A DNA stretch of 64,000 nucleotides from sequence record KJ019086.1; one strand, 5' to 3'. The notes under the pieces are model-generated. The model saw nothing but the letters and a program-made list of their open reading frames with translations. It ran no database searches and was not told the origin of the DNA. This document shows, in pieces, positions 37,845 to 46,762 of this stretch. Each line of letters opens with the position of its first letter. The first letter of the stretch is position 1. A program made the translations under genes and the position numbers.

Positions 37845-38128
37845 AAGAATCAATTATCTCTGGCATCAAAGGCGCTCTAATCGGCACAGGTTCTGCACTC
37901 GTTGTGTTTGCTGGAATTGAGTTCTTCTTCCCTACCCCAGATACATACACAATCGATCTCAACAAAAGAGAAACTATCTCCCTAAAGATGTCTGTTATTC
38001 GCACACCCTGTGGATATGATTATTGTTTCATTCCTGCCATCAAAGAAGGAGAAGCAATTGAGATTGAAACACATAACCCAAACCCTGAGCCCGGTTTCCT
38101 TCGCCCTGTAGAATCTACTGATTATTGA
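37841..38128 (+). CDS. Hypothetical membrane protein
   Basis: N-terminal TM; ATGA overlap. Confidence 0.6.
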   Translation: MKESIISGIKGALIGTGSALVVFAGIEFFFPTPDTYTIDLNKRETISLKMSVIRTPCGYDYCFIPAIKEGEAIEIETHNPNPEPGFLRPVESTDY

Positions 38129-38129
38129 T

Positions 38130-38339
38130 ATGGATTATCAACCCCCAACTCTCTGTATTCGGAGTATTGAACCAGCTACAACTCCCGGTAGGTTCTTGTT
38201 AGATATGCCTTCACTTTGGAGAGAACCAGGAGCATTAGAGGTGGATCAATATACCATCGATTATGTTACTGGTGGGAAATATGAGGTTCCTAAATGTCCC
38301 CCAGGTTATCCAAATCCACCAACCCCTGATACACAATGA
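38130..38339 (+). CDS. Hypothetical protein
   Basis: 69-aa Pro-rich ORF. Confidence 0.55.
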   Translation: MDYQPPTLCIRSIEPATTPGRFLLDMPSLWREPGALEVDQYTIDYVTGGKYEVPKCPPGYPNPPTPDTQ

Positions 38340-38406
38340 CACCCGAAGAATTTGAAGAAAACGCAAGAATTATCACGGGTGACCCAACATGGTCACTAGA
38401 TGATGA

Positions 38407-38466
38407 TGTGACAGTTGAGGAAGTGTCACAAGCCCCCTTGGCAAACCCCCTGAAACCTGTTATCTT
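38407..38466 (+). promoter_or_regulatory. Element 10 (perfect palindrome)
   Basis: TGTGACA-N10-TGTCACA; TTGGCA-N17-TATCTT. Confidence 0.85.
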
Positions 38467-38526
38467 ATAGGAGTGGGAGAGATACACCCCCCACACCAAA
38501 CAAACCCCCTACAACCCCTTCTAAGT

Positions 38527-38877
38527 ATGAATCTCAAGGCACTGGCACTCACTTCCGTTCTCGCCGTTGGTGGTATCTTTGGATCAGTTGCACCAGCATC
38601 AGCTGGCACCTGTTGGTTTGAAAACTACAGTGGTAGTTTGTCTCCAACATATTGTTCCACATATGTTAGGACTAACGCTAACGGACACAGGGTTGTGGAT
38701 GTTGTTGACTATGAAGGAACCACAATGACGTTAGTATTCTGGACTGATAGTTCAGTTGAGATTCTTTACACTAACGGACAATACAATGGCCAAAGAGTTG
38801 TGGCAACTTGGTACTTCGATGATGATGGTGACCGTCGCATCTACGTTGGTGACTTTGAAATGAGTCTCCGAGTTTGA
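38527..38877 (+). CDS. Secreted hypothetical protein
   Basis: Start moved to ATG 38527; signal peptide MNLKALALT...APASA. Confidence 0.65.
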   Translation: MNLKALALTSVLAVGGIFGSVAPASAGTCWFENYSGSLSPTYCSTYVRTNANGHRVVDVVDYEGTTMTLVFWTDSSVEILYTNGQYNGQRVVATWYFDDDGDRRIYVGDFEMSLRV

Positions 38878-38884
38878 TAACACT

Positions 38885-38909
38885 GGAGGGTTTATAACCC
38901 TCCTTTTTT
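38885..38909 (+). terminator. Rho-independent terminator
   Basis: GGAGGGTT-TAT-AACCCTCC followed by T6. Confidence 0.85.
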
Positions 38910-38917
38910 ATGCCATG

Positions 38918-38946
38918 TTGCCATTGTAGCTGATATGTGTTATAAT
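38918..38946 (+). promoter_or_regulatory. Sigma70-like promoter without palindrome
   Basis: TTGCCA-N17-TATAAT. Confidence 0.75.
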
Positions 38947-38971
38947 ACCTTTGTCAGGATCAGTAGGGATT

Positions 38972-39241
38972 ATGAAACGCAAAGCAACCAGGAACTTTGA
39001 TCTTAGGATCAGGTTAGATAAGAACAAATGGAAAGTAGTTCAGTTAGAAGAGGGTAAGATAGTTACCCCAGCTAAGTTGAAAGAACTGAACGCTAGACAG
39101 ATAAGAGATTATACAGAAGAAGTTAAAGAGGTTGACTTAAGTTTTCTATCACCAGAAGATAAGCGTTACTACCGTAAACATAAGTCTAATCCAGATATGG
39201 ATTGGGCTCTAGATATTCTCTCCTACCCCCCAACTAAATGA
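38972..39241 (+). CDS. Hypothetical basic protein
   Basis: ATG 38972 downstream of promoter. Confidence 0.55.
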   Translation: MKRKATRNFDLRIRLDKNKWKVVQLEEGKIVTPAKLKELNARQIRDYTEEVKEVDLSFLSPEDKRYYRKHKSNPDMDWALDILSYPPTK

Positions 39242-39402
39242 AAAGCAAGTATGTAGAGCTTATGTCCTTATGGAAAAGAGCTATGTCAATGAACAACAAA
39301 GAGGAAGCATTCCGTCTAAAGAGTGAGGCTAACCAACTCATTATAGAAGGGAAGGTAACAGATAGGGAGATAACAGCAGGTAAGTTTATTGGTTGGCGTT
39401 GA
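39238..39402 (+). CDS. Hypothetical protein (54 aa, not in ORF track)
   Basis: MKSKYVELMSLWKRAMS..., ATG overlaps upstream stop. Confidence 0.5.
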   Translation: MKSKYVELMSLWKRAMSMNNKEEAFRLKSEANQLIIEGKVTDREITAGKFIGWR

Positions 39403-39412
39403 TTGATATAAA

Positions 39413-39574
39413 CTGATTTTCTCATATTCAGGGAGCACGGGGTGACCTGTTCTCCCTTTCTTTATGCCGATATGGTTTTTTATGAGTTTGGGTCTAGTGC
39501 CTGACTGGGTTCTCAGGGGGCAACAAACCCCATATCACCCTGATACCACCCCCCTACACAAAACCACAAACCAT
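39413..39574 (+). repeat. ~160-bp non-coding block, copy A (partner at 49221-49381)
   Basis: Ungapped alignment of conserved motifs with copy B; abuts element 11. Confidence 0.8.
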
Positions 39575-39634
39575 TGTGCCAGTTGGACTAGTGGCACAAC
39601 CCCCCTAGGCAAACCCACAGCAGTCGTGTATTGT
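39575..39634 (+). promoter_or_regulatory. Element 11 (perfect palindrome)
   Basis: TGTGCCA-N10-TGGCACA; TAGGCA-N17-TATTGT. Confidence 0.85.
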
Positions 39635-39680
39635 ATAGAAGTGGAGGGGAGACCCACCACACACACCATTCACCAAAACA

Positions 39681-39863
39681 ATGACTGAACAATCAACATT
39701 CTCAGTTCATTATTCAAGTGATGAACACGATCAAATCTTAACTGAAACTGATTCTCTCTTTGAAGCAACTTGTGAGTACTACGAGATGATCGAAGATTTA
39801 GAAGATGATGAATGGATTTCAATCTACAATGAAGATTACAAAATCCTCAAGATTTCAGAATGA
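39681..39863 (+). CDS. Small acidic hypothetical protein
   Basis: Flanked by 20-bp direct repeats at 39644 and 39862. Confidence 0.6.
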   Translation: MTEQSTFSVHYSSDEHDQILTETDSLFEATCEYYEMIEDLEDDEWISIYNEDYKILKISE

Positions 39864-39898
39864 GGGGAGACCCACCACACAAACCACTAACTAACCAA

Positions 39899-40081
39899 AT
39901 GAACCGTATCCAAATCAACAAAGAACTCACACAACTTCGCGAAGAACGTGAAAAAGCACAGCGTGAAGTTGATAACATTCAAGCATGTATGAATGAGTTG
40001 ATGAAGAAGCGTAATGAGTTGGATATGGAACAAGAAGAGCGTTCAGGTCAGATGTTATTCGACCAGATGTTCGGAGGTTGA
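39899..40081 (+). CDS. Small coiled-coil protein
   Basis: Start moved to ATG 39899; ends LFDQMFGG. Confidence 0.65.
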   Translation: MNRIQINKELTQLREEREKAQREVDNIQACMNELMKKRNELDMEQEERSGQMLFDQMFGG

Positions 40082-40110
40082 GTTAGTAACACAAACTATT
40101 CACTAAAACA

Positions 40111-40356
40111 ATGAACACAACAACAATCAACATTCTCAAATCACTGGACATTCTTTCCACTTTGATTCAAGCATTCTATGAGATTGGATATGAACTTGGC
40201 ACCTTCTATCGCAACCATCTTCACTCACATGTGAAGTTTGCTATTGAATACTCTGGTCTTGTTATTCGTGAGACCTATGATAACCGTCAAGAGTATTTCA
40301 CAAAACTGAATAACATCCGCAACCAAGCTGGTTCATACTTTGTCTATAACGTGTGA
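40111..40356 (+). CDS. Hypothetical protein
   Basis: Stop TGA is in the left arm of element 12. Confidence 0.6.
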   Translation: MNTTTINILKSLDILSTLIQAFYEIGYELGTFYRNHLHSHVKFAIEYSGLVIRETYDNRQEYFTKLNNIRNQAGSYFVYNV

Positions 40357-40411
40357 CAGTTGAGGAAGTGGCACAAGCCCCCTAGGCAAACCCCTCAGGG
40401 GGTGCTATACT
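40352..40411 (+). promoter_or_regulatory. Element 12
   Basis: TGTGACA-N10-TGGCACA; TAGGCA-N17-TATACT. Confidence 0.9.
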
Positions 40412-40436
40412 ATATTCATACCAAAGGGAACCACCC

Positions 40437-40679
40437 ATGACTCATCTTTCCTTCACTCAGACCACACAAAACGCACTCCGTGAGTTAGATCGTTTAGAGG
40501 GAATTAAAGTTAGACTCGCTGGTTTGATTGTTGATCTTAAAGAGACACCATCAGCTAACTCTGAGACTTGGGTCAGGATGTATACTGATCGCCTCGTTTC
40601 TAATGTTATCCCAGCCATCAAGGAAGTTAAAGAATATCTCACTAGTCAGGATGCACTAGTTACCAAAGCATCCAACTGA
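40437..40679 (+). CDS. Hypothetical protein
   Basis: Between elements 12 and 13. Confidence 0.6.
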   Translation: MTHLSFTQTTQNALRELDRLEGIKVRLAGLIVDLKETPSANSETWVRMYTDRLVSNVIPAIKEVKEYLTSQDALVTKASN

Positions 40680-40727
40680 CAAACTGGCACAAGGGGGGTT
40701 GGCAAGACCCCCCAAAACCCCTATACT
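40668..40727 (+). promoter_or_regulatory. Element 13 (degenerate left arm)
   Basis: GCATCCA-N10-TGGCACA; TTGGCA-N17-TATACT. Confidence 0.8.
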
Positions 40728-40756
40728 AAACACATACCAAACAAAGGGAACAACCC

Positions 40757-41008
40757 ATGGCTCAACAAATCAAAATGAGAACACGAGTTTATTCTGATGT
40801 GACAGTAAGAGATCCACAGAAATATTATGATAGTGTGTTTAGGGGATATAATGAATACTGGACACTATTAGATTCAGAAGATCCACAATGTATCTTAGTT
40901 GAGACTACAGCACAATATGATCTAAACCCAGGGGGTTTGGATAACTTATACGACTTGATTACTCCTGAAATGTATCAGTCAACATCAAGGACTTATGTGA
41001 AAGTATAA
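40757..41008 (+). CDS. Hypothetical protein
   Basis: Between elements 13 and 14. Confidence 0.6.
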   Translation: MAQQIKMRTRVYSDVTVRDPQKYYDSVFRGYNEYWTLLDSEDPQCILVETTAQYDLNPGGLDNLYDLITPEMYQSTSRTYVKV

Positions 41009-41010
41009 GG

Positions 41011-41069
41011 TGTGACAGTTGGAGAAGTGGCACACGCTTCCCCGCAAACCACCCCACACCTGCTATACT
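41011..41069 (+). promoter_or_regulatory. Element 14 (non-consensus -35)
   Basis: TGTGACA-N10-TGGCACA; CCCGCA-N17-TATACT with TG extension. Confidence 0.8.
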
Positions 41070-41090
41070 ATATTCATACCAAAGGAACCA

Positions 41091-41258
41091 ATGTTTAAGT
41101 CACAAGTTCAGCGAATCGTCCGCGACACTGTTATTGGTCAGAGTGCTTCACTCACACGCGAAGAGAAGTGGTCCGTGTTCATCCAAGTCTGTGATGGTCT
41201 CTACAGTGACGGTCGCATCACACTCAAGCAACATGAAAGTTGGACATCCCCTTTCTGA
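41091..41258 (+). CDS. Hypothetical protein (55 aa)
   Basis: Start moved to ATG 41091; ends WTSPF. Confidence 0.65.
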   Translation: MFKSQVQRIVRDTVIGQSASLTREEKWSVFIQVCDGLYSDGRITLKQHESWTSPF

Positions 41259-41267
41259 TCACCCTGA

Positions 41268-41327
41268 TGTGACAGTTGGACTAGTGGCACAAGCCCCCTA
41301 GGCAAACCCCTCCACACCTGCTATACT
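41268..41327 (+). promoter_or_regulatory. Element 15
   Basis: TGTGACA-N10-TGGCACA; TAGGCA-N17-TATACT. Confidence 0.9.
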
Positions 41328-41351
41328 ATATTCATACCAAAGGAACCCAAC

Positions 41352-41549
41352 ATGGTTATCGACACTGACAACTATTTCACCACTGACAACGATCTTCTTC
41401 AGGCAGTATCACAATTCATTCTCTCACTGAATAACAAACTTATCAGTCAGAATGAGAACTTCCAGAGAGATACTGGTATCACTACTCTTGATAGTTTCAA
41501 TGAGTGTCTTATCGCTGAATGTGAAGAATACAAGTGTTATGATGTATAA
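41352..41549 (+). CDS. Hypothetical protein
   Basis: First ORF after element 15. Confidence 0.55.
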   Translation: MVIDTDNYFTTDNDLLQAVSQFILSLNNKLISQNENFQRDTGITTLDSFNECLIAECEEYKCYDV

Positions 41550-41686
41550 TGAGATTACTTATTCTCTTCTTGTTTGTCACTGGGTTCCTAGTCCTTAGAT
41601 TCGGAGTTGTCCCCCATGACAACTACGTATTCGATTGTGACAACATCCCACAAACAACAATCAACACCATCGCCTGTGGTGGTTAA
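41549..41686 (+). CDS. Small membrane protein (45 aa, not in ORF track)
   Basis: MRLLILFLFVTGFLVLRFG..., TAATG overlap. Confidence 0.45.
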   Translation: MRLLILFLFVTGFLVLRFGVVPHDNYVFDCDNIPQTTINTIACGG

Positions 41687-41709
41687 CACTCAACCTCAAC
41701 TATTTCATC

Positions 41710-42219
41710 ATGACTGATACTAACAAGGCTCAAACAATTGAAGAGCTGAAAGCTGAAGTTTCTGAACTGAAGGCAGCTAGGAAGGAAGAACTTCTGGCAC
41801 AGGCAGAACAACGAAAGCAAGATGAGGAACTTCGTTCACTCGAACTTCAGAAACAAGCTCTAGAAAGTGGTTCCCTCCCCTCCCCCACAGGCACACCTCA
41901 GTCACTACAACGTAGGATGACTGATATTGAAAACGCACGAGTTCGCACCTGGGCATATGCACTAGGAGCTTATTTCACTGGTCCTATCATGCCAGCTGTG
42001 GTGGCTAATCGTACTAAGAATTGGACACCTTTCTGGGCTGGATTGGGTCTTGGTATTGTATCTCTCCCCCTAGCATTTGCTGACCTTGGTATCATCTCCT
42101 CTGTTCCTGCAGCTGCTTTAGGAACTGTACTTCAGGCTCAGAAATCTAACAAGAAGCGTGAGGAGTTGGGTATTGTTTCCCCTGAGGAAGCTGACCTCCT
42201 CCGGTTCAAACAGTTCTGA
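41710..42219 (+). CDS. Coiled-coil + membrane hypothetical protein
   Basis: N-terminal coiled coil, two hydrophobic segments. Confidence 0.7.
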   Translation: MTDTNKAQTIEELKAEVSELKAARKEELLAQAEQRKQDEELRSLELQKQALESGSLPSPTGTPQSLQRRMTDIENARVRTWAYALGAYFTGPIMPAVVANRTKNWTPFWAGLGLGIVSLPLAFADLGIISSVPAAALGTVLQAQKSNKKREELGIVSPEEADLLRFKQF

Positions 42220-42224
42220 TTAAG

Positions 42225-42253
42225 TTACATCTCTGACCTCCTCAGTTTATACT
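42225..42253 (+). promoter_or_regulatory. Possible sigma70-like promoter
   Basis: TTACAT-N17-TATACT upstream of 42317. Confidence 0.4.
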
Positions 42254-42316
42254 GACGACTAAACCAACTGAGAGCGCTGGTCCCCTCTCACAACTCACCT
42301 TATCTAACTATCTACT

Positions 42317-42862
42317 ATGGCTATTTTCTCCGAAGAGTTCACCAACAGCATCAAGTCTAAAGTTGATTCAGCAAAGAACAAAATCTCTAACATCAACATT
42401 GGGAAACAGAGTGTCGTTGCTATTGTGGGAGGTACTTTAGTATTCTCAACCCTCGCAGTTGGTGCAGTTGGTGCTACAGTTCGTCAGGTTGTTGGTTCTA
42501 ACATTGGCAAAGAATGTAATGTGGCTGTTGGTGACTATGTGAGGTTGGCTGAAGTTCAAGAGACACAACTACTCAAGGCTAATGGATATATTCAATCGGT
42601 TCTAGAAAACCCTTGGAGCGCCCTAGTCCTTGGTGCTAGGATGTCTGAGATGGCAGACGAGATGAGTGCTCGTTGGGATGAGATTGGTAAAGCTGATGAC
42701 ACTTACCTTGAATCATGTGTTCTTGATGGTGACTTCAAGCGTTGGGTATTTGGTGGATATGTTCAAGAGGATCGTGAAGTGAAGTGGGAAGCTCAAGCTA
42801 ACCTAGAGGAAACTCGTCAGGTTACAGTTAAACTCTCTGAGCAACTAGATAGCCGGTACTGA
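42317..42862 (+). CDS. Membrane-anchored hypothetical protein
   Basis: TM segment near residues 33-55; stop abuts element 16. Confidence 0.7.
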   Translation: MAIFSEEFTNSIKSKVDSAKNKISNINIGKQSVVAIVGGTLVFSTLAVGAVGATVRQVVGSNIGKECNVAVGDYVRLAEVQETQLLKANGYIQSVLENPWSALVLGARMSEMADEMSARWDEIGKADDTYLESCVLDGDFKRWVFGGYVQEDREVKWEAQANLEETRQVTVKLSEQLDSRY

Positions 42863-42922
42863 TGTGACAGTTGAATAAGTGGCACAAGGGGGGTTCGCAA
42901 CCCTCCTTTTTTATGCTATACT
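42863..42922 (+). promoter_or_regulatory. Element 16
   Basis: TGTGACA-N10-TGGCACA; TTCGCA hairpin + T-run; N17; TATACT. Confidence 0.85.
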
Positions 42923-42946
42923 ATATTCATACCAAAGGAACCACAC

Positions 42947-43198
42947 ATGCCCAACCCTTTCGAGTCACTGACCTCTGAGGAGTTTTCGTTTCTATCTGAC
43001 GCATGTGCCCTCTCTGAGCAAATGTGGAGGGAGCGCTCCCGTTCTATAAAAGCAGGGGAGCCACGTTGGTTTCTAGATGGTGAGCCCATGTTCACTGAAG
43101 AGGAATGTCGCTCAGAAATGAAACGATACCGTGAGCTACAGAAGCGAGTTTCCTGGTTCTCCCTCACACCAGAAGAGATGGAGCGTGTGACAGTCTAG
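42947..43198 (+). CDS. Hypothetical protein
   Basis: Ends RVTV-stop inside element 17. Confidence 0.6.
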   Translation: MPNPFESLTSEEFSFLSDACALSEQMWRERSRSIKAGEPRWFLDGEPMFTEEECRSEMKRYRELQKRVSWFSLTPEEMERVTV

Positions 43199-43245
43199 AA
43201 ACTGGCACAACCCCCCTAGACAAACCCCTCTTTTTCTGCTATACT
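43186..43245 (+). promoter_or_regulatory. Element 17
   Basis: TGTGACA-N10-TGGCACA; TAGACA-N17-TATACT. Confidence 0.9.
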
Positions 43246-43267
43246 ATTCACATACAGACAAAACACT

Positions 43268-44173
43268 ATGGCTAAGAATCTCCACCTAGAACACCCAGAA
43301 GACCAGCTCCTCACTGGTGACGATAGTGTCATCAGTTGGTTCTACGCAACCTCTAGTTCCTCTGTGAAGATGGATGGTAGTCCTGCAATAGTTTGGGGAA
43401 CTAACCCAGAAAATGGTGAGTTCTTTGTGGGAACTAAGTCAGTGTTCAATAAGAAGAAGATCAAGATATGTTATACCCAGAAAGATATTACAACCTTATA
43501 TGGTCATCAACCTAATGTGGTTGCTATCCTTACCGCCTGTTTGGCATATCTCCCCCGCACTGATGTAGTGTATCAGGGTGACTTTATTGGGTTTGGTGGT
43601 GATGATACCTACACCCCAAATACTGTCACCTATGTGTTCCCTGAGGTTATTCAGGAACGTGTTATCATGGCACCCCATACTTTCTATGTGGGTGAGAAGA
43701 TGACTGAGATGGATGCCTTCCCTATCTTATCCACTCTAGATGAATCACGTCATGTTCACTTTGTTCAACCCACTGTAGATATCTACAACGATAAGGCAAA
43801 CTGGGAAGAGTTTCAGCGTTGTTATGATGAAGTGAAAGAGGTAGATGGTTTCCTAGGTATCAAGAGAGCCGCAGAGGCAAAGATCATCATCAACCAGTTA
43901 CTTCGTAATAACAAGTATCTCAGTATCCCACTATTAACTGAGATCTTTGGTACTAAAGAGATGGCTATTCTCTACACCTTCGCACTACATGAGAAGTTCA
44001 GAATCCTTGAGGATGCTATCTACTACGATGGTCCTCAGTGTTTGTTAGATGGTGATGATGTAGAGTCTGAGGGTATTGTTAGAACCAACCAGTTTGGTTC
44101 TATGAAACTCGTCAATCGTTATATCTTCAGTGTAGCAAACTTCAACAACAGCAAGTTCAGAGAGGTGAAGTAA
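43268..44173 (+). CDS. Phage protein with ligase/capping-type nucleotidyltransferase motifs
   Basis: HLEHPED, VKMDGSPA (KxDG), YQGDF, EGIV, MKLVNR. Confidence 0.6.
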   Translation: MAKNLHLEHPEDQLLTGDDSVISWFYATSSSSVKMDGSPAIVWGTNPENGEFFVGTKSVFNKKKIKICYTQKDITTLYGHQPNVVAILTACLAYLPRTDVVYQGDFIGFGGDDTYTPNTVTYVFPEVIQERVIMAPHTFYVGEKMTEMDAFPILSTLDESRHVHFVQPTVDIYNDKANWEEFQRCYDEVKEVDGFLGIKRAAEAKIIINQLLRNNKYLSIPLLTEIFGTKEMAILYTFALHEKFRILEDAIYYDGPQCLLDGDDVESEGIVRTNQFGSMKLVNRYIFSVANFNNSKFREVK

Positions 44174-44367
44174 TGATTGACTTCGATACTCTAACTCACG
44201 AAGAACTAGAGAGACTATCTGATGACTGTGAAGACTTTCTTCTTCATAGAAATATACCTCTAAGGTCACATTCCTATGAGAATATCATCAGACATGCTAT
44301 TTTGGAAGGATACCAACTATCTCGGTATCCTGGTGTGACACCTGGGAAACTGGCACAAGACCCCTAG
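44173..44367 (+). CDS. Hypothetical protein
   Basis: Reads through the palindrome of element 18; stop is the TAG of the -35 box. Confidence 0.6.
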   Translation: MIDFDTLTHEELERLSDDCEDFLLHRNIPLRSHSYENIIRHAILEGYQLSRYPGVTPGKLAQDP

Positions 44368-44393
44368 ACAAACCAGACCACACCTGCTATACT
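44334..44393 (+). promoter_or_regulatory. Element 18
   Basis: TGTGACA-N10-TGGCACA; TAGACA-N17-TATACT. Confidence 0.9.
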
Positions 44394-44417
44394 ATATTCA
44401 TACCAAACAAACAACCC

Positions 44418-44675
44418 ATGCAACTCACAGCACAACACGCAAACATCGTTGTTGATTTCTACCCTGTAAAGTATTCTGATGGTACTATCAGTGAGCGTCT
44501 AATGTATAAAACAGTGAAGTTCGTTGGTTCACCTCCATCCAAGTCATATATCAACAAAGAATCCTTCGAAAAGGAAGTTGATTCCCGTGTTTATGGTTTT
44601 GGTTATGAGGTGACTGCTCTACATACAGAGCCACAACTCTTCAACTCTGCACTTGTTCAAACTCGCTGGTCATAA
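44418..44675 (+). CDS. Hypothetical protein
   Basis: MQLTAQHANIVVDFYPVKY... Confidence 0.65.
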   Translation: MQLTAQHANIVVDFYPVKYSDGTISERLMYKTVKFVGSPPSKSYINKESFEKEVDSRVYGFGYEVTALHTEPQLFNSALVQTRWS

Positions 44676-44677
44676 GT

Positions 44678-44869
44678 ATGAATTACACACAACGGTTGTA
44701 TGAGGCTGAACAACTCTCCACTATGTGTTACCTTTGTAATATTGACCTAACGGAATGTATTACAGAGGTTTCTGATTACCTAGAGTTGGGTTATAATGAC
44801 AGTAAAGATATTGCCTCAGGTACCTATAAAGTTCTCTCATCAATGAATCCCCATGAGCCTATCAAATGA
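44678..44869 (+). CDS. Hypothetical protein
   Basis: 63-aa ORF in operon. Confidence 0.5.
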   Translation: MNYTQRLYEAEQLSTMCYLCNIDLTECITEVSDYLELGYNDSKDIASGTYKVLSSMNPHEPIK

Positions 44870-45212
44870 ATCAATGAGCAAGCTTGTCGATAACATTGCC
44901 TCTGATGTTTTCCATCTTATTGCTTCTGACCCATACTATACTGAGACCTTTATGAATCTATTACCCGGTGCAATCACTGAGGTTATTGGTGATACTTCCC
45001 CTGAACTTATTGGTGAGTTGGGTGGTAGAATCATGGACAGAGTTGGGGTTGATGGATGTGATGTCAATTCCGATAAAGTATGGGAGCAAAGGTATAGATC
45101 TCTGTTTCACTATGTTAAAAAGAACTACGCATCAGAGTATGTTGATGGGGCAGAATATGGTCAGATGGGTACAATGTATGGAGATTTTACTAGCACCTCG
45201 GAGTTAGACTGA
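44853..45212 (+). CDS. Hypothetical acidic protein
   Basis: 119-aa ORF in operon. Confidence 0.6.
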   Translation: MSLSNESMSKLVDNIASDVFHLIASDPYYTETFMNLLPGAITEVIGDTSPELIGELGGRIMDRVGVDGCDVNSDKVWEQRYRSLFHYVKKNYASEYVDGAEYGQMGTMYGDFTSTSELD

Positions 45213-45415
45213 TGCCATCGTTCACGCCATATGGAAGATACCAACTGACTTCAGTTCAGGTGGATTTAATCCTACACTGCATGAGTGAGTATAAAGGACT
45301 CACCACACAGGAAGATAACGAGAGGAGAAAGATTGTAGAAGAACTTAGCAACTCTTTTACTGATACTGACCCATCAGATCCTTACCTAGATCATTACTAT
45401 ACTTGTGACTATTGA
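45212..45415 (+). CDS. Hypothetical protein
   Basis: TGATG coupling. Confidence 0.55.
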   Translation: MPSFTPYGRYQLTSVQVDLILHCMSEYKGLTTQEDNERRKIVEELSNSFTDTDPSDPYLDHYYTCDY

Positions 45416-45789
45416 TGACTGAACTCTTTCCATTTCCTGGTTTCCAGTATAGATTAGACTATACAGATAACGGAACCCCAAAGTTATGTTGGTTTGAATG
45501 TGAGGATCATTTATCCAAACATATATCTAGATACAAACTAACAAAGAAAACTCACAGGGCAAAGATCCAAACCCCTCGCGGTGTGAAGTTGGCGAAAGAC
45601 CCGCTAGCCACCAAACCAGCCAGGAAACGGAAAACCACCCCCCAGAAACCCAGTGATACCAAGGGTTCTAAAGTATCAAAAACACAAAAATCCATAACGA
45701 AGGGCAAGAAGGTAGAAACACCCACCCCCTCCCGTAGGAAAGCGAAGAAATCAGTTTTTAGTACCGTGGAGGACTTCTTTACCAAATGA
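45412..45789 (+). CDS. Hypothetical protein with Lys/Pro-rich C-terminal tail
   Basis: FPFPGFQYRL...CWFECEDHL N-domain; K/R/T/P-rich tail. Confidence 0.7.
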   Translation: MMTELFPFPGFQYRLDYTDNGTPKLCWFECEDHLSKHISRYKLTKKTHRAKIQTPRGVKLAKDPLATKPARKRKTTPQKPSDTKGSKVSKTQKSITKGKKVETPTPSRRKAKKSVFSTVEDFFTK

Positions 45790-45977
45790 TTGTACCTAAC
45801 GAATCAGAATTGCTTCACCTAAAGATACAAGCAGCAATGAGGGAGAATGCTTTTCCTCACAATCAGTTGATGTATCTGGGTGAGAGAGAAGATCAACACT
45901 GGTATCTAATAGCAGGAAAACATGAAGTGCCAGTAACAATGTTAGAAGGATTTGAGAGGATTGATGATGAAGAATGA
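45786..45977 (+). CDS. Hypothetical protein
   Basis: LHLKIQAAMRE...HWYLIAGKHEVPV. Confidence 0.6.
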   Translation: MIVPNESELLHLKIQAAMRENAFPHNQLMYLGEREDQHWYLIAGKHEVPVTMLEGFERIDDEE

Positions 45978-46115
45978 TAAACTAAAGACATATCACCTAA
46001 AGGTAAAGTTTATGGATGAACTAACCTATGGTCAGTTTATTACAGCACCCAGTGAAGAGGAAGCCATGAGACTTTTCATTGAGGAGTATATCTACATCGC
46101 GTCTGAGAGAGAAAC

Positions 46116-46307
46116 ATGAACTATAATAAGGTGGCTGAGGCTCTTCATGAAGAAGTAACTGATTATATCTTTAAGAACCATTATCACCATATCAAATCAG
46201 TTTATACTGATGTTGTTGAGGAATACATAGAGAGGGAAGTGGGTCCTCTAACTGAGAAGAACCACAAACAACTAGTTAAACAACTCGTTAAATTCTACAT
46301 CTCCTGA
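46116..46307 (+). CDS. Hypothetical protein
   Basis: 63-aa ORF. Confidence 0.55.
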   Translation: MNYNKVAEALHEEVTDYIFKNHYHHIKSVYTDVVEEYIEREVGPLTEKNHKQLVKQLVKFYIS

Positions 46308-46321
46308 TTGAGCTTTTCGTT

Positions 46322-46531
46322 ATGTCTTCACCATCAGCATTCACACCAGCATTAGGTCTAGAAGTTGAATACAGGGGCTTTGTGGGTTATATCAAGTTTA
46401 TAGATGAAGAATATTTAACAGTGTGTGTGAAGAAGAAAGAGCACCAAATGTTTGGTGATGTTTGTATGGTTGTGTATCCAAGTCAGTGGGAACACATTAA
46501 ACTAATGGGCGGACCTCACAGAGACCGCTAG
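46322..46531 (+). CDS. Hypothetical protein (SH3-like pattern)
   Basis: GLEVEY-GFVGYIKFI-EEYLTVC; stop is left arm of element 19. Confidence 0.6.
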   Translation: MSSPSAFTPALGLEVEYRGFVGYIKFIDEEYLTVCVKKKEHQMFGDVCMVVYPSQWEHIKLMGGPHRDR

Positions 46532-46588
46532 GACAGCTGAGGAAGTGGCACAAGGGGGCTAGGCAAGCCCCCTTTGTCGTGCTATACT
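46529..46588 (+). promoter_or_regulatory. Element 19
   Basis: TAGGACA-N10-TGGCACA; TAGGCA hairpin; N17; TATACT. Confidence 0.85.
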
Positions 46589-46615
46589 ATATTCATACCA
46601 AAGGGAACCACCCCC

Positions 46616-46762
46616 ATGACTATCAACTTTAAAAGTCTATTCATCACCACTTGTGTGGGTCTCACCCTAATACTAGGGAGCTTCGCTTTTACCAGTGATT
46701 ATGGTACTGAGACCGGGCGTGGCGAACAGACTGAGAGCCCTTACTACGGACCCGCTTTCTAA
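46616..46762 (+). CDS. Small secreted/membrane protein (48 aa)
   Basis: Start moved to ATG 46616; MTINFKSLFITTCVGLTLILGSFAFT. Confidence 0.55.
   Translation: MTINFKSLFITTCVGLTLILGSFAFTSDYGTETGRGEQTESPYYGPAF

Noticed and set aside
39464-39688. ORF MPIWFF... overlapping the 160-bp block
   Set aside because: The same frame in copy B has no start and copy A has an upstream in-frame stop; apparent amino-acid matches follow from the ungapped DNA alignment; the ORF runs across a promoter element.
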